Source of the DNA: a virus
Direction: 5' to 3' (one strand)
DNA: 64,000 bases
IMG/VR virus record: IMGVR_UViG_3300043468_001414
Span: 1 to 64,000 of that record
Shown: positions 35,324 to 45,898 of the stretch, piece after piece
Position numbering within the stretch: the first letter of the stretch is position 1
How the letters are laid out: each line of letters starts with the position of its first letter
Position numbers and translations under genes: made by a program
The notes under the pieces: model-generated
Told to the model about the DNA's origin: nothing
Database searches by the model: none
Seen by the model: the letters and a program-made list of their open reading frames with translations, nothing else

Positions 35324-37006
35324 ATGTTTATTCAGACTCTTGCGGCTATTGATGCGACTCCAGTTCCAGCCTTGGGGCTTCTGCCCGCCATTCATGATGT
35401 GGAAGTTGAGTTGGTTTCTCAATTCAATAATGAAGCCTTGCTTGGAAATATTAAAAATGCAGTAACTCAAGGAGCGGCGGCTTTGGTTACTGCTGAAATA
35501 GTCAGTAAAGAGTTAATTCTTACTGCTAAAAGTGTTGGCGTTTTAAGCATTAGTGCAATTTCTGAAGGCAATGGAGTTTTGAGCGTCGTATCTACTCAGG
35601 CAGGTAAGAATGTCGAGGAGGTGACATTGAGCGTAGCAAATTCAGGGGAAGCGGCTTATGTTATTAATGGAGAAAATAATCCAACTCTTTCGTTTGTCCC
35701 TGGAAATAAATATACAATTAATGTGAACGCGCCTGGGCATCCGTTTTGGATCCAATCGGTGCCGGGTGCTTACAGTTCTGCTGCCATTTATTCCGATGGC
35801 ATTACAGGTAATGGAACGGAGAGCGGGGTTATTGTGTTTGAAGTCCCTGTTAATGCCCCTACGCTTTATTATGCGGGCCAGTATCATTCCTCGATGAGCG
35901 GAAGCATTGGCATGTCAAATCTTGGACTGGGGGCTGGAGTGGCTCAAGTTTCAAAATTAAAGCTTAGCGGAAATGTCAATGAGGAGGATGTATATAAGAT
36001 TACTATTGGAGACAATATATACACTATCACTTACGGGTCATATCAGCTCCCGGGGTTTGTGGCGGCGAAAGGGCGCGTGTTTTTGAATGACACGGGGAAA
36101 TCCGTAGTTTTGCCAGAGTCTGGCAAGTGGCCGTCCAGATCCCTGCCAGACAGTCAGCTTTGCGGCGGTGATGGGCGGTTGCTGTATGAGGTGATTCACA
36201 AGCCTGGCTCGTCATCTTATTACCCGCAAGTATTTGAAAGAAATATTTATACATTTTCTTTTTCAGGCGAAACATTTCCTCGTGGAGAAATTTTCGACTT
36301 CAGCAGGTTTTTTTATTTTCGTTTGATTGGCAATAATACAACGGCTGTATGGAGTGTGATTTTTGAGGCTGGAGAAATTCTTTCGCAGACCGCTCCAAGC
36401 AAATCCATTTCCAGTGGCGCGACATTGACCTCTGGGCAAAAAACAATTTTCGTTACTCCGGCTAAGGCTCTTGAGTTGAGCCAATGGATGGTCGTAACAG
36501 GGGATGGTGTCTTGGGGGCGGCGATAGGTGATCAGAAAACCTATATTTCTGCTATTAACACGGAGACGGGGGCGTTGACTTTGACTCAAGCAGCAACAGC
36601 CTCCGGTCAAAAGACATTGGTTTTCACGGCGCCGGTAGGTCCAAATATTGAGCGTATTAATTGGTTGCCGCCACTGATGGAAGAGAAGGTGCATTTAACG
36701 GATTTGAAGTCTGTCAGTGCGCTCGGGGTGTGGATCAAGAATCATGGGACCCGTGAAATTGTTAGGCCAGATGGGGAAATAGAAATAGACCCTAATCGTA
36801 ATGAGATGGGGTTTGAGGGGTGGCGCTTGGTGTATCAAAAGAGATACCCGATTCCTCATGAATGCCTGCCGACTTCTTCGAATTTTGTTATCCGATTGAG
36901 GATTGGCCAATTTGATACCGAAAATAGCGTTTCTTCTCCCAAAGGATATGCCGCTTATTTGATTAGAGCGGACGAGGAGGATGCGGCATCGGCTGATTCC
37001 GCGTAG
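35324..37006 (+). CDS. Tail structural protein with a cupredoxin-like insert
   Basis: NPTLSF..G..YT..VNA.GHPFWI...LYY.GQYHSSM.G.I; shares motifs with the C-terminus of 32269. Confidence 0.6.
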   Translation: MFIQTLAAIDATPVPALGLLPAIHDVEVELVSQFNNEALLGNIKNAVTQGAAALVTAEIVSKELILTAKSVGVLSISAISEGNGVLSVVSTQAGKNVEEVTLSVANSGEAAYVINGENNPTLSFVPGNKYTINVNAPGHPFWIQSVPGAYSSAAIYSDGITGNGTESGVIVFEVPVNAPTLYYAGQYHSSMSGSIGMSNLGLGAGVAQVSKLKLSGNVNEEDVYKITIGDNIYTITYGSYQLPGFVAAKGRVFLNDTGKSVVLPESGKWPSRSLPDSQLCGGDGRLLYEVIHKPGSSSYYPQVFERNIYTFSFSGETFPRGEIFDFSRFFYFRLIGNNTTAVWSVIFEAGEILSQTAPSKSISSGATLTSGQKTIFVTPAKALELSQWMVVTGDGVLGAAIGDQKTYISAINTETGALTLTQAATASGQKTLVFTAPVGPNIERINWLPPLMEEKVHLTDLKSVSALGVWIKNHGTREIVRPDGEIEIDPNRNEMGFEGWRLVYQKRYPIPHECLPTSSNFVIRLRIGQFDTENSVSSPKGYAAYLIRADEEDAASADSA

Positions 37007-37029
37007 GCGTTGACGGGCAAGGATTGATT

Positions 37030-39171
37030 ATGTCCGATTGGATACGATTTGGTCAAAAAATAGTAGGCGCTACCAGCAGCCAGGGGCTCGGCCGCAGTGG
37101 GGCGATGAGTGGCAATGGGATGCGGATGGCTGTAAGTAGCGGGGGGCTTGTCAGGGTTTATTCTTACGCTGCGGGTAATTGGACGCAATTGGGCTCAGAT
37201 TTCGGGGGAACGTGGAACGCGACCGCGCGCCCGATGGCGCTCAATTTTTCAGGCGACCGTATAATTTTAGGAAAGCCTTCCTACTACGCGGGTAGTAGTA
37301 TTTGGCTTGGTGGCTCACTTCAGGTTTACATATATAACGGAAATTCCTGGGAGGAGTATGGACAGGAGATTTCTTGGGGTCAGAATCAGAACTCAGGTTT
37401 CGGAAATGCTGTTGCCATTAATGCCTCTGGAAATGTTATTGCCACTGGTGTTCCTGGCGCCGTGACAGGGCAGTTCTCCGCCGGGCTTGTTAAAATTTTT
37501 AAATGGGATGGGGCAAATTGGGCTCTTGAAAAAGATATTCAAGTAGCCGGATTGGATGTTTCTCTGAATGCCGCCGGCGATCGGTTGGCCGCCTCTGCTT
37601 CCAGTTCTACCCGAGTTTTTGACAAAAATACCAACAACTGGGGAGCGATAGGGCAAAACTTGATTTCTTCGAGTGCTCGAGTCCACTTAAGTGCGGATGG
37701 CGCGCGGTGCGCCATTGCAGACAGCGGCGATGTTCGTGTGTTTGGGTTGCTGGATGGGGCTTGGAGCCAATTAGGGTTTGTCATTCCCGTCGCGAATGCC
37801 CGGGCCAGCCTTAATTCTACGGGCGACAGGGTGATGGTGAAAGATGCGACCAAGGCTTCGGTTTACTCTTTCAATGGGGCAACTTGGAATAAGATCAGTC
37901 AAGATTTCCTATTGGATGGAGCAGGTGATCTGGCGTTCGGCGTTGCCATAAACTCTGACGGGGATCGAATTGCTGTTGCTTCGCCGAACTCGGATGTCTC
38001 TGGAGGTGATTTTGTTGCGGTTGATGCTGGAAGTATTGAAACTTATTTTTCAAATACCCCGGTGGCTCCTCCAGTCATTACAATCCCTGCGTCCTCGCTG
38101 ACCTACCCTGTAAATCAGAATTTCACTTACCAACTCGCTGCGACGAACGCGCCTACATCTTGGAGTTTGAATTCCGGGCAAGCGCTTCCTCCAGGCTTAA
38201 CGCTCAATCAAGGGACAGGGGAAATTTCGGGGGCCATTTCGCAGCTCGGCACTTGGCAAGTGGCTTTCTTGGCCAGCAACGCGGGAGGGGGTAGCTCACC
38301 TGGAGCCATTACTTTTATCGCTTATAATCCTGGGTCTAATCCTGGGTCTGGGGTTCCTCAAGGTAATAATCCAGTGATCAGCAAGGCGCAGGGGGTGGTG
38401 GCCTACGGGGTTGGGCAGAACTTTATTTTCCAGCTAACAGCGAGCGGCAACCCGAGAGCGTGGCGATTAGGCGCGGGCCAGTCGTTGCCGCCTGGGGTGG
38501 TTTTTAATCCTATCTCTGGCACGCTTTCTGGCGCTGGGGTGGCTCCTGGGGTGTGGGGGCTTACTTTCATTGCCACGAATAATAATGGCGATAGTGCGCC
38601 GCAGACTTTTACGATCGGGATTTACGATGTGGGTGGCTCGCGGGAATTTTCTAAAAAGGCGCTGATCAATCTCAAGACCCTTGCGGTGACATTTGAGGAT
38701 CCGGCGAGTGAGATCAAGGGGGCGAATAACGCTGTCGCCGCGGCAGCGGGCCAAGTGCGCTATGGGGATGATATTATTTTCAAGTTGGCGTTTACCGATG
38801 GAACGGGCACCGGGCAGGGGGCGAGTTTGATTTACAATGAGGTGGCGGCGCGGGTCGTGATGGCGCGCTTTTCGATGAAGGGTAATGAGACTGAGGCGGC
38901 GTTTTTTGTAACCCCTCCCCCGGCTTTTAAGAAAAGCGCGGAGTATTTGGCGGGGGTTTATTCTACAAATTATTACTTGAGTGCAAAAATTGCAGGAACT
39001 GCATTGCAATCGTATCTTGGGGATTTTGAGAGTGATTCCGGCACATTTGCAAATGCCTTGTGCGAGTTTGAGTTGGAATTTGAGCGTCCTGCTGCTGCCA
39101 GCGGGCCTTTGACGACTCGTGTGACCACGCAACCCTTCCTGCTTCGCGTAAGCAGGGATTTGATCTCGTAG
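37030..39171 (+). CDS. Tail protein: beta-propeller repeats plus putative Ig (He_PIG-like) domains
   Basis: Repeats FG..VAIN..G.RIA..W..LGQ; LPPGLTLN..TGEISG type motif twice. Confidence 0.7.
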   Translation: MSDWIRFGQKIVGATSSQGLGRSGAMSGNGMRMAVSSGGLVRVYSYAAGNWTQLGSDFGGTWNATARPMALNFSGDRIILGKPSYYAGSSIWLGGSLQVYIYNGNSWEEYGQEISWGQNQNSGFGNAVAINASGNVIATGVPGAVTGQFSAGLVKIFKWDGANWALEKDIQVAGLDVSLNAAGDRLAASASSSTRVFDKNTNNWGAIGQNLISSSARVHLSADGARCAIADSGDVRVFGLLDGAWSQLGFVIPVANARASLNSTGDRVMVKDATKASVYSFNGATWNKISQDFLLDGAGDLAFGVAINSDGDRIAVASPNSDVSGGDFVAVDAGSIETYFSNTPVAPPVITIPASSLTYPVNQNFTYQLAATNAPTSWSLNSGQALPPGLTLNQGTGEISGAISQLGTWQVAFLASNAGGGSSPGAITFIAYNPGSNPGSGVPQGNNPVISKAQGVVAYGVGQNFIFQLTASGNPRAWRLGAGQSLPPGVVFNPISGTLSGAGVAPGVWGLTFIATNNNGDSAPQTFTIGIYDVGGSREFSKKALINLKTLAVTFEDPASEIKGANNAVAAAAGQVRYGDDIIFKLAFTDGTGTGQGASLIYNEVAARVVMARFSMKGNETEAAFFVTPPPAFKKSAEYLAGVYSTNYYLSAKIAGTALQSYLGDFESDSGTFANALCEFELEFERPAAASGPLTTRVTTQPFLLRVSRDLIS

Positions 39172-39172
39172 C

Positions 39173-40243
39173 ATGGGAGTCGAGCCTCCGTCTCGGGATG
39201 TTTTCCTTTATATCCCATCATTTGAGAAAGCTCCGGCGGATCTCAATGATGTGTGGGTGCGGGGCGGCGACTGTGTTTTCGCTCGATGGACGGGGTTGGG
39301 CGCGATTCCTCCGGGGGTGAATTGGGCAGGAACAGAAGAGGGGTTGCATTTCTGGGGGGTGCCAAATCGTGTGGGCACTTGGGAGGCGGAATTTGAGGGG
39401 CCGTATCCAGGGAATTTTGAGAGTTTGCTGACGCGGGGCGGTTCCGATGTGTTGCCGCTTCGGCTTGATGCGGGCGGCGCTCCCGGGGCTGTGCATGTAG
39501 GTAAATTCACCTTGCGGTTTCATGTCTTGAAGCAAGAGGGGTATACTTTGGGGCAGGTGGTGCGGGAGTTGTTTTCGAGCCAAGATGCGGCGCAGACGGC
39601 GCGGCGCGCTTCTTGGCAATGCGCTCGCTGCATCGGAGCACGCCCATTGAGCGAGTTGGTTTCTGAAAGCGGCGTGTTTCCCGAGGTTGATTTGGGTGTG
39701 GCGCAGGGGTTGGATGGGGTGGCGGCAAATTTGGCTGAGCAGATCAACGCTTCGGGCATGGCGACGGCGACAAAGAGCGGGGTGGTAGTGACTGTTACTG
39801 CGTTGGAGGTAGGGTCGCTGACGATCTCGGCGAGTTCCACGAGGCAGGGCTCGATTGCAGCGGTTAATACCACGCCGGGATCAACAACGCAGAAGGCGGT
39901 CTCTACGATTTCCCTTTCGGGAGCTTTTCAGGGTGGAGTGGTTTATGTTGTTGCGGTGGGGGGCGCTTCATTTTCTGTAACGACCTATGCGCCTCCCAAG
40001 TCATTGGCGTTGTGGAGGTATGCGACTCCTGCGGCTTACGCTGACCCGGAGGGGGTCTCTGCGAGGATTTTAGAGTGTGATGACTTGGATCGCGTGGATC
40101 TTGGGGCGAGTGATTGGGTTTTCTCTCGGCCTGCGGGGATTGATCGTTCGCTGGATGGGTGCTTACTTACGGCGGGTGTGCTAGGAAATCCGGAAATCGG
40201 AGCGCGCTCCGAGGTTGCGGTGAGTGCGGTGATCCCTTTGTGA
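39173..40243 (+). CDS. Tail-associated protein
   Basis: 356-aa ORF in the tail module. Confidence 0.55.
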   Translation: MGVEPPSRDVFLYIPSFEKAPADLNDVWVRGGDCVFARWTGLGAIPPGVNWAGTEEGLHFWGVPNRVGTWEAEFEGPYPGNFESLLTRGGSDVLPLRLDAGGAPGAVHVGKFTLRFHVLKQEGYTLGQVVRELFSSQDAAQTARRASWQCARCIGARPLSELVSESGVFPEVDLGVAQGLDGVAANLAEQINASGMATATKSGVVVTVTALEVGSLTISASSTRQGSIAAVNTTPGSTTQKAVSTISLSGAFQGGVVYVVAVGGASFSVTTYAPPKSLALWRYATPAAYADPEGVSARILECDDLDRVDLGASDWVFSRPAGIDRSLDGCLLTAGVLGNPEIGARSEVAVSAVIPL

Positions 40244-40268
40244 TGTTGACAGGTCGGGATTGGTTGAT

Positions 40269-40667
40269 ATGAGCGCATTCTCTGATTACCTTGAAAATAA
40301 AGTGTTGGATCATCTGATGAGCCGCACGACCTATACGGCTCCGGCCTCCGTTTATTTCTCCCTGTATACTTCCGCCCCATCGGATACGGGGGGTGGTGCG
40401 GAAGTCAATGGCGGCGGGTATGCTCGGGTTGGTGTAACGAATGATGTGGCAAACTGGCCACTGGCTACTGGTGGAGTAAAGAAAAACGCCAACACCATCA
40501 CTTTCCCCGAAGCCACTGCGGCTTGGGGGACGGTTGTAGCCATCGGGATTCATGACGCGGCGTCTGGTGGGAATCTTTTATTTTGGACGACGATTACTTC
40601 GCGATCCGTGGTGCAGGGCGATATTCCTCGATTCAATGCCCTGGGCGTCTCGATCAGTTTGAATTAA
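40269..40667 (+). CDS. Conserved phage tail/baseplate protein
   Basis: SDYLENKVLDH...EVNGGGYAR...WGTV..IGIHDAASGGNLL. Confidence 0.7.
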   Translation: MSAFSDYLENKVLDHLMSRTTYTAPASVYFSLYTSAPSDTGGGAEVNGGGYARVGVTNDVANWPLATGGVKKNANTITFPEATAAWGTVVAIGIHDAASGGNLLFWTTITSRSVVQGDIPRFNALGVSISLN

Positions 40668-40683
40668 AAAAGCTAAAATGATC

Positions 40684-40723
40684 AGGCGCGGGGCATTCGT
40701 GAATGCTCCGCGCTTTTATTTTT
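40684..40723 (+). terminator. Intrinsic terminator
   Basis: AGGCGCGGGGCATTC-GT-GAATGCTCCGCGCTT followed by TTATTTTT. Confidence 0.8.
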
Positions 40724-40734
40724 AAGTAAACACC

Positions 40735-43700
40735 ATGGAACTAACTCTACCATCCGCGGCATTTGGGGCATACGGTGTTTTAAAGCTTGCGGATGAGCAC
40801 TGGGAGAGGTTTATCAACTTGGGCGGCGGCGCTCCTATTACGCCAAGTTCTTCCCTTCAAATCTTTTTGCAGGGGTGTTCTGGAGAGGTGTATTTCCCTA
40901 AAAGCATCATATCCGGGAACTATATTTATTCATTGAATGGCTCGGGGCAATTGGTTAGATATGTTTTATCAACCTTGTCGTTGGATAATTCTTTTACGCC
41001 TGTCTATGATGTCAAAGACATGCGGGCGGTTTCTGGTTCTGGTGGCGTGATGCTGCTAAGGGGGGATGGGAGTGTTGATTTTGTAGGAGGGGCGTCTGAT
41101 CCATTTGCAAATTCGGCGGTAGGCAAGATCTCTTCAGGGGCGATTGGCATAGTTTCGAATCGTTACACTTCTCAGGTCGGCGTGCTTAAGTCAGACGGGA
41201 CTTTAGTTTTTCAGAACGGATATTCGGATGTTAAAGTCTCCGGAGCCTCCTATAATTTCGTAGCGATTTCCGACGCAAAGGGGAATAATTATGACAGACG
41301 AGGTTTTTTTCATGCGATTACCCAAGGGGGGGAAGTTTACGGGGCTAGTTATCCTGACGGAACTCTTCGTGAGATATCTTTAAATACTACGCTTTCTGCG
41401 GGTGACGACATAGCGACTGCCCAGTTCTTCTCCTACGGCGATTATTCAATTGTTCTTAAAAACGGGAGAATTTATGATCCCGATTTTAACCCAGACGCTG
41501 ATTTCGCGGGCTTGTATTCTCAAGTGTGTTCTGGGAGTGGGTATGTGATTGCGTTAAGGGCAGACGGCGTGGTTGTTTGTAAAGGAGATAGTCCCCCCTC
41601 GATTCCTTTTGGCTACAACCACTCTTTTATTTCTGTGCGGGATGGATGCTTCACCCGCACTGATGGTTCGCAATTTATCTATTCGGCTGCTAAAGGGCAA
41701 AATATCCCGGAAGACTTAAAGATTCCGCTTTTTGCAAGAAAATCATCTCCTTCAATACGATATGCGGGCTCATTTTATGATTTAGCGGAGGCTGCGGAGG
41801 TTTCTTTTGGCCCGGCGGTATCGCCAGGGTTCCGCCCGCAGGCTTTTGCGGTGGCTTCTAACGTCCCTTCTTCGTCCTTGGTCGCCGGGAATTGGTATCA
41901 AATCGCTGTTTCGGGGACTACAAGTTGGACAGGCGCTGGCGCTTCAAGTAATTCCGTTGGAACAATATTCAAGGCAACAACGGCGAGGAGCGGGACTGGC
42001 ACGGCCAATTTATTAAAGTCTGAATTCTCTGATGTTGGGCAATACGAGTTATTGTCCTCAGACTACTCTTATTCGCTGGAAAATGTGGTCTTGACGATTA
42101 CCCCGGGCGTGCCGGTAATCGAGAATCCGACTGCCGCTGGAAAGGTCGGCGTGGCGTTTAGCAAGTCTTTCTTGACAAACGGAACCAACCGCCCTGTGAC
42201 TTCGTGGAGCGCGGCTGGGCTGCCTGCGTGGGCGAGCCTTAACTCCTCGACGGGGGTAATCTCGGGCACCCCGCAGGATGCGGGGGATTATCAATTTCAG
42301 CTCACGGCCAGCAGCTCTGTGGGTAGCGATACCGAGCAGGTAACGATTTCTGTGGCGGTGGGTGCGGCGACCGTTTTGGCGGGTCAGAGCTTCACGGGTA
42401 AGGTCGGCGAGGCTTTCTCTGCTCAAGTGGCAATGGATGATGTGGTGGATCGGCCTGCGACAAGCTGGGCTGCTGGCAGCTTGCCGACCGGGTTGAGCAT
42501 CAATTCTACTACGGGGGAGATTAGCGGCATACCTACCTCAAAGGGGTCGAAGGTCGCCTCCATTTCGGCAAGCGGGCCAGGAGGGAGTTCGCCGCCTGCC
42601 AGTGTTTCTTTTGCGATTGCCGAGGGCGTGCCGATCATTACAGCAGGGCAGGTGCTGCGTGGGTGGGCGGAAGCGGCGTTGGTTAAATCGCCCGCACTCA
42701 CGGACTCGGCAAATCGCCCCGCGACCTCTTGGAGCGCCTTGGGGCTGCCTGAGTGGGCGGCGCTGGATGCTGGCACTGGAGTTATTACTGGATCGCCGCA
42801 GGAATCGGATATTTATTCGATCGTTGTTACCGCTGAAGGTCCTGGCGGACTCGATACCGAGACGGTTCAAATCAAGATCGATCCAGTCTTCGTCGCTAAT
42901 TTCTCGGGGGAATGTTCTTTGGGGGTAGCTTGGGATAGTCGGCTGGTGGTAGTATTTTCCAGCGAGGGGACTCTGGATGCTCATTTATCGGAGGGCCCGC
43001 AGCTGGTGGTAGTATTTTCCGGCGAGGCGACTCTGGATGCTCATTTATTTGGCGCGGATTCGGTTTTTGTGGATTTTCAGAGCGCGGGATTTCTGGAGGC
43101 CGGGGAGTCTTGGTTATTATATCGGGATTTTGAGCCGAGTTTGCAGGGAGTCTCGAGCATGGATGGCAAGTTTATTGCCAGGGATTTGCAGAGGTTTGCA
43201 TGGGGCGAGTTTGATTTGGCCAAGGATTTCCGAGGGGAGATTTATTTGCATTGCTATACCACCAGCCATGGTCGCATGACTCCTGCTCCGCTGATAAAGG
43301 CGGGGGTGAAATTGTTTAATAGCCGAGTGGAGTCGGAAGCGTATCGCGAGGTCGAGGGGGCTGAGGGGAGGCCTTTTGATTTGGAATTGCAAGCGGCGGC
43401 GGGGGTGTTGAATGGAGTGGTGCCAGTGACGCAATCGAGAGTGCGCGCGGTGTATAATATTTGGGCTATGCAAGTCCCGCCGCCCGAGTCGCAGGTTCAT
43501 TTGAGCATTTACTTGAAGAGGCAGGGCTCTGACTGCGCGGCTAAGCTGGAGGAGGTTGCTGATTCCGGGTGGCCAGCAGGAAATGCTCGGGAGGTTAAAT
43601 ATGCGGAGTGGGATTTGTGCGGGGATTTGCCGCCTCGCTGTCAGCCTGCGGCGAGCGGGTGGTCTCCTGCAACGAATGCGGCCCCCTACCCGTTCATGTT

Positions 43701-44496
43701 CCTTCAAACAAACGCCTCCGCGCCGGGATGCTTGCCTGCCAGCCGATTGGAGCGCGGGAATGGAATTGATTCCGAAGACATCAACTTTGCGCGGGGCGAG
43801 ATTGAGCAGGAGATTGTTATTGATGAAAGCCATTGTGTGACTCCTTGGAGCCCGGATCCCGTTACGATTTGCTATGGGGCGGTCTTTACGCAATCCACCT
43901 GCGATTGTTGCTCGGAGGAAGCGGGGTGCGAGACGACGATACGCTCGGCTGTTGGCACTAAGCCGCTCGTGTGGAGCGGGTGGACCCCGAGCGCGGCCAC
44001 GTATTGCCCGTCGGTATCGGTCAATCAGTCGCGATATGAATTGAATGGATGCGCGGAAGATCAGTCGCAGACTGTCCCTGGAACTCAAGCCGTTGGGGCG
44101 TGGGGGGCGTGGGGGCCGCTGGCGGCTTCGGTTTGCCAAGGGGTTTCATTCCAGCAATCCAGGGTGGACGCGAGTGGTTGCTCGGCTCCGCAAACTCAAT
44201 CGGCCACGGGAACAAAGCAGCCTTCATGGGGAGCTTGGCTGCCATTGCCTTCTGATGTGTGTTCTGGAGAAACCTTCCAGCAAACGCGGCAGGACCAAAA
44301 TGGTTGCTTGGCACCGCAAACTCAATCGGCCACAGGAACCAAGGCGTGCCAATGCTCGAATAGCGTCAGCGATGAAACGGTTTATTGCAAGGGGTCAAGA
44401 TTTACCTGCTGCGGCAATGGGTATGTGCATACCAAGCGCGGATGCGTCTATATCGGCCCAGCGGGGTATTGCGGAGATCCAGCTAACCAGAAGTGA
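40735..44496 (+). CDS. Large virion protein: RCC1-like repeats, three Ig-like domains, Cys-rich WxxW repeats
   Basis: IALRADG.VVC.G; three W.A..LP...L...TG.ISG.P units; C-terminal repeats of about 42 aa with paired Cys. Confidence 0.7.
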   Translation: MELTLPSAAFGAYGVLKLADEHWERFINLGGGAPITPSSSLQIFLQGCSGEVYFPKSIISGNYIYSLNGSGQLVRYVLSTLSLDNSFTPVYDVKDMRAVSGSGGVMLLRGDGSVDFVGGASDPFANSAVGKISSGAIGIVSNRYTSQVGVLKSDGTLVFQNGYSDVKVSGASYNFVAISDAKGNNYDRRGFFHAITQGGEVYGASYPDGTLREISLNTTLSAGDDIATAQFFSYGDYSIVLKNGRIYDPDFNPDADFAGLYSQVCSGSGYVIALRADGVVVCKGDSPPSIPFGYNHSFISVRDGCFTRTDGSQFIYSAAKGQNIPEDLKIPLFARKSSPSIRYAGSFYDLAEAAEVSFGPAVSPGFRPQAFAVASNVPSSSLVAGNWYQIAVSGTTSWTGAGASSNSVGTIFKATTARSGTGTANLLKSEFSDVGQYELLSSDYSYSLENVVLTITPGVPVIENPTAAGKVGVAFSKSFLTNGTNRPVTSWSAAGLPAWASLNSSTGVISGTPQDAGDYQFQLTASSSVGSDTEQVTISVAVGAATVLAGQSFTGKVGEAFSAQVAMDDVVDRPATSWAAGSLPTGLSINSTTGEISGIPTSKGSKVASISASGPGGSSPPASVSFAIAEGVPIITAGQVLRGWAEAALVKSPALTDSANRPATSWSALGLPEWAALDAGTGVITGSPQESDIYSIVVTAEGPGGLDTETVQIKIDPVFVANFSGECSLGVAWDSRLVVVFSSEGTLDAHLSEGPQLVVVFSGEATLDAHLFGADSVFVDFQSAGFLEAGESWLLYRDFEPSLQGVSSMDGKFIARDLQRFAWGEFDLAKDFRGEIYLHCYTTSHGRMTPAPLIKAGVKLFNSRVESEAYREVEGAEGRPFDLELQAAAGVLNGVVPVTQSRVRAVYNIWAMQVPPPESQVHLSIYLKRQGSDCAAKLEEVADSGWPAGNAREVKYAEWDLCGDLPPRCQPAASGWSPATNAAPYPFMFLQTNASAPGCLPASRLERGNGIDSEDINFARGEIEQEIVIDESHCVTPWSPDPVTICYGAVFTQSTCDCCSEEAGCETTIRSAVGTKPLVWSGWTPSAATYCPSVSVNQSRYELNGCAEDQSQTVPGTQAVGAWGAWGPLAASVCQGVSFQQSRVDASGCSAPQTQSATGTKQPSWGAWLPLPSDVCSGETFQQTRQDQNGCLAPQTQSATGTKACQCSNSVSDETVYCKGSRFTCCGNGYVHTKRGCVYIGPAGYCGDPANQK

Positions 44497-44903
44497 TTAT
44501 GGAATCTGAACAAATCGAGAAAATCATGTATGCGCTGACCGTGAACCGGAAGCCGTCTGCGCGGGCTTTGTGGTTGGCTCGTGGGGCGATAAATAAACTC
44601 TTTAAATTCCAGAGATTTTCTTTACTGGATTACTGGGAAAAAAGAATCCGCGAGGAGCCCAAGACAGCTCAATGGGCACAAGAGACTTACGAAGAATATT
44701 TAGAGGGATTGAATGCGGAATCGCAAGAGGATCAGCCTCCTAGCGAGCCAGCGTATGTGGCTAAACGGGGTGATATTTGTGCTGCCTGCCAGTGGCGCGA
44801 GGAGGGCGGGGTAAATGGCGCGGGGGTCTGCGCGCAGTGCGGGTGCAATATATGGACAAAAATCCGAATCTCGAAGTCGACCTGTCCTGTGCAGAAATGG
44901 TGA
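44493..44903 (+). CDS. Cys-rich protein (DUF6171-like)
   Basis: R..ICAAC...CAQCGC....K......CP..KW. Confidence 0.6.
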   Translation: MIMESEQIEKIMYALTVNRKPSARALWLARGAINKLFKFQRFSLLDYWEKRIREEPKTAQWAQETYEEYLEGLNAESQEDQPPSEPAYVAKRGDICAACQWREEGGVNGAGVCAQCGCNIWTKIRISKSTCPVQKW

Positions 44904-44906
44904 TTT

Positions 44907-45650
44907 ATGCTTGTTGTTATTCCAGTATCGGCTTCGGACAATAAAATTTTGCCAGATTTTTGTGCGGCTGTAAAAAACTTTGCGCCTTATTCGCATGAGG
45001 TGTTGTATGTTGCCAGGCCTTCGGATGTCCCGAACTTGGCGGACGTCTCGGATCGCTTGAAGGGGTGCTTTCGTGAGGAGCGGGCGCATCTTTTTGATGT
45101 GGATGGGCCGCGAGGGTGGCCTGTCGGGCCGAATTTTTATTGGCAGCAGACGATTTTGCATTTGGCTAAAACCGGCAATCAGCAGCCATGGCTTTGGCTG
45201 GAGATGGATTGCACTCCGTTGAGGCAGGGGTGGCTCGATGATTTGGATCAAGAGTATCGCGAGTGCGGCAAGCCGTTCATGGGAATGTTTGGCGAGTCGA
45301 GTGTCGTGGGCAAGACGGGGAAGACTATGTTGCTCTCAGAGCATCTCGTGGGGGTTGCGATTTATCCGCCGCAAATTTCAAATTACTTGGAAATTCATGA
45401 CCATGCGGAATTTAATGTGGCTTTTGATTATCTCTATCAATACGAGATGATTCCGCGGTCGCATGAGTCCCGACTCATGCAGCATGGATTCCGAACAAGG
45501 ATGTTTTACGAGCATGAGGGTATAATTAAGTGCCATGATGCCTCGAACTTGCCAGAGGGAAAGCGGCATGACCAGCCCGTGAAGCCGGGGATCGCGCTGC
45601 ATCATGGGTGCATAGATGGTTCTTTATCTAAACTTATTTGCATAAAATGA
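44907..45650 (+). CDS. Putative GT-A glycosyltransferase
   Basis: VVIPV start, WLWLEMD (ExD variant of DxD), C-terminal HHGC.DGS. Confidence 0.5.
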   Translation: MLVVIPVSASDNKILPDFCAAVKNFAPYSHEVLYVARPSDVPNLADVSDRLKGCFREERAHLFDVDGPRGWPVGPNFYWQQTILHLAKTGNQQPWLWLEMDCTPLRQGWLDDLDQEYRECGKPFMGMFGESSVVGKTGKTMLLSEHLVGVAIYPPQISNYLEIHDHAEFNVAFDYLYQYEMIPRSHESRLMQHGFRTRMFYEHEGIIKCHDASNLPEGKRHDQPVKPGIALHHGCIDGSLSKLICIK

Positions 45651-45898
45651 ATACAATTAAATTAGTCGGAATGGCCAAAAGTTTCTTCGATAGTGCCGCG
45701 AAATTCGCGGCCAGCGGATTCCAGATTACGCCGATCGAGATTTTAGAGTCGCGGTTAAAGGCTTGTGAGTCTTGCGAGGATTTGCAGCCGGAAGGCTTCG
45801 CTGGCACGGGGCAATGCGGGCTGTGCGGATGCTCGATCAAGATGAAGACCAGGATGGCGACTATGGAATGCCCTGCTGGGAAATGGAAATCTGTGTGA
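45647..45898 (+). CDS. Cys-rich protein (DUF6171-like), paralog of 44493
   Basis: RLKACESC...CGLCGC....K......CP.GKW. Confidence 0.65.
   Translation: MNTIKLVGMAKSFFDSAAKFAASGFQITPIEILESRLKACESCEDLQPEGFAGTGQCGLCGCSIKMKTRMATMECPAGKWKSV

Noticed and set aside
36574-36579. GTTGAC at 36574 (and at 52853)
   Set aside because: No ATG 15-18 nt downstream; treated as chance occurrences in coding sequence
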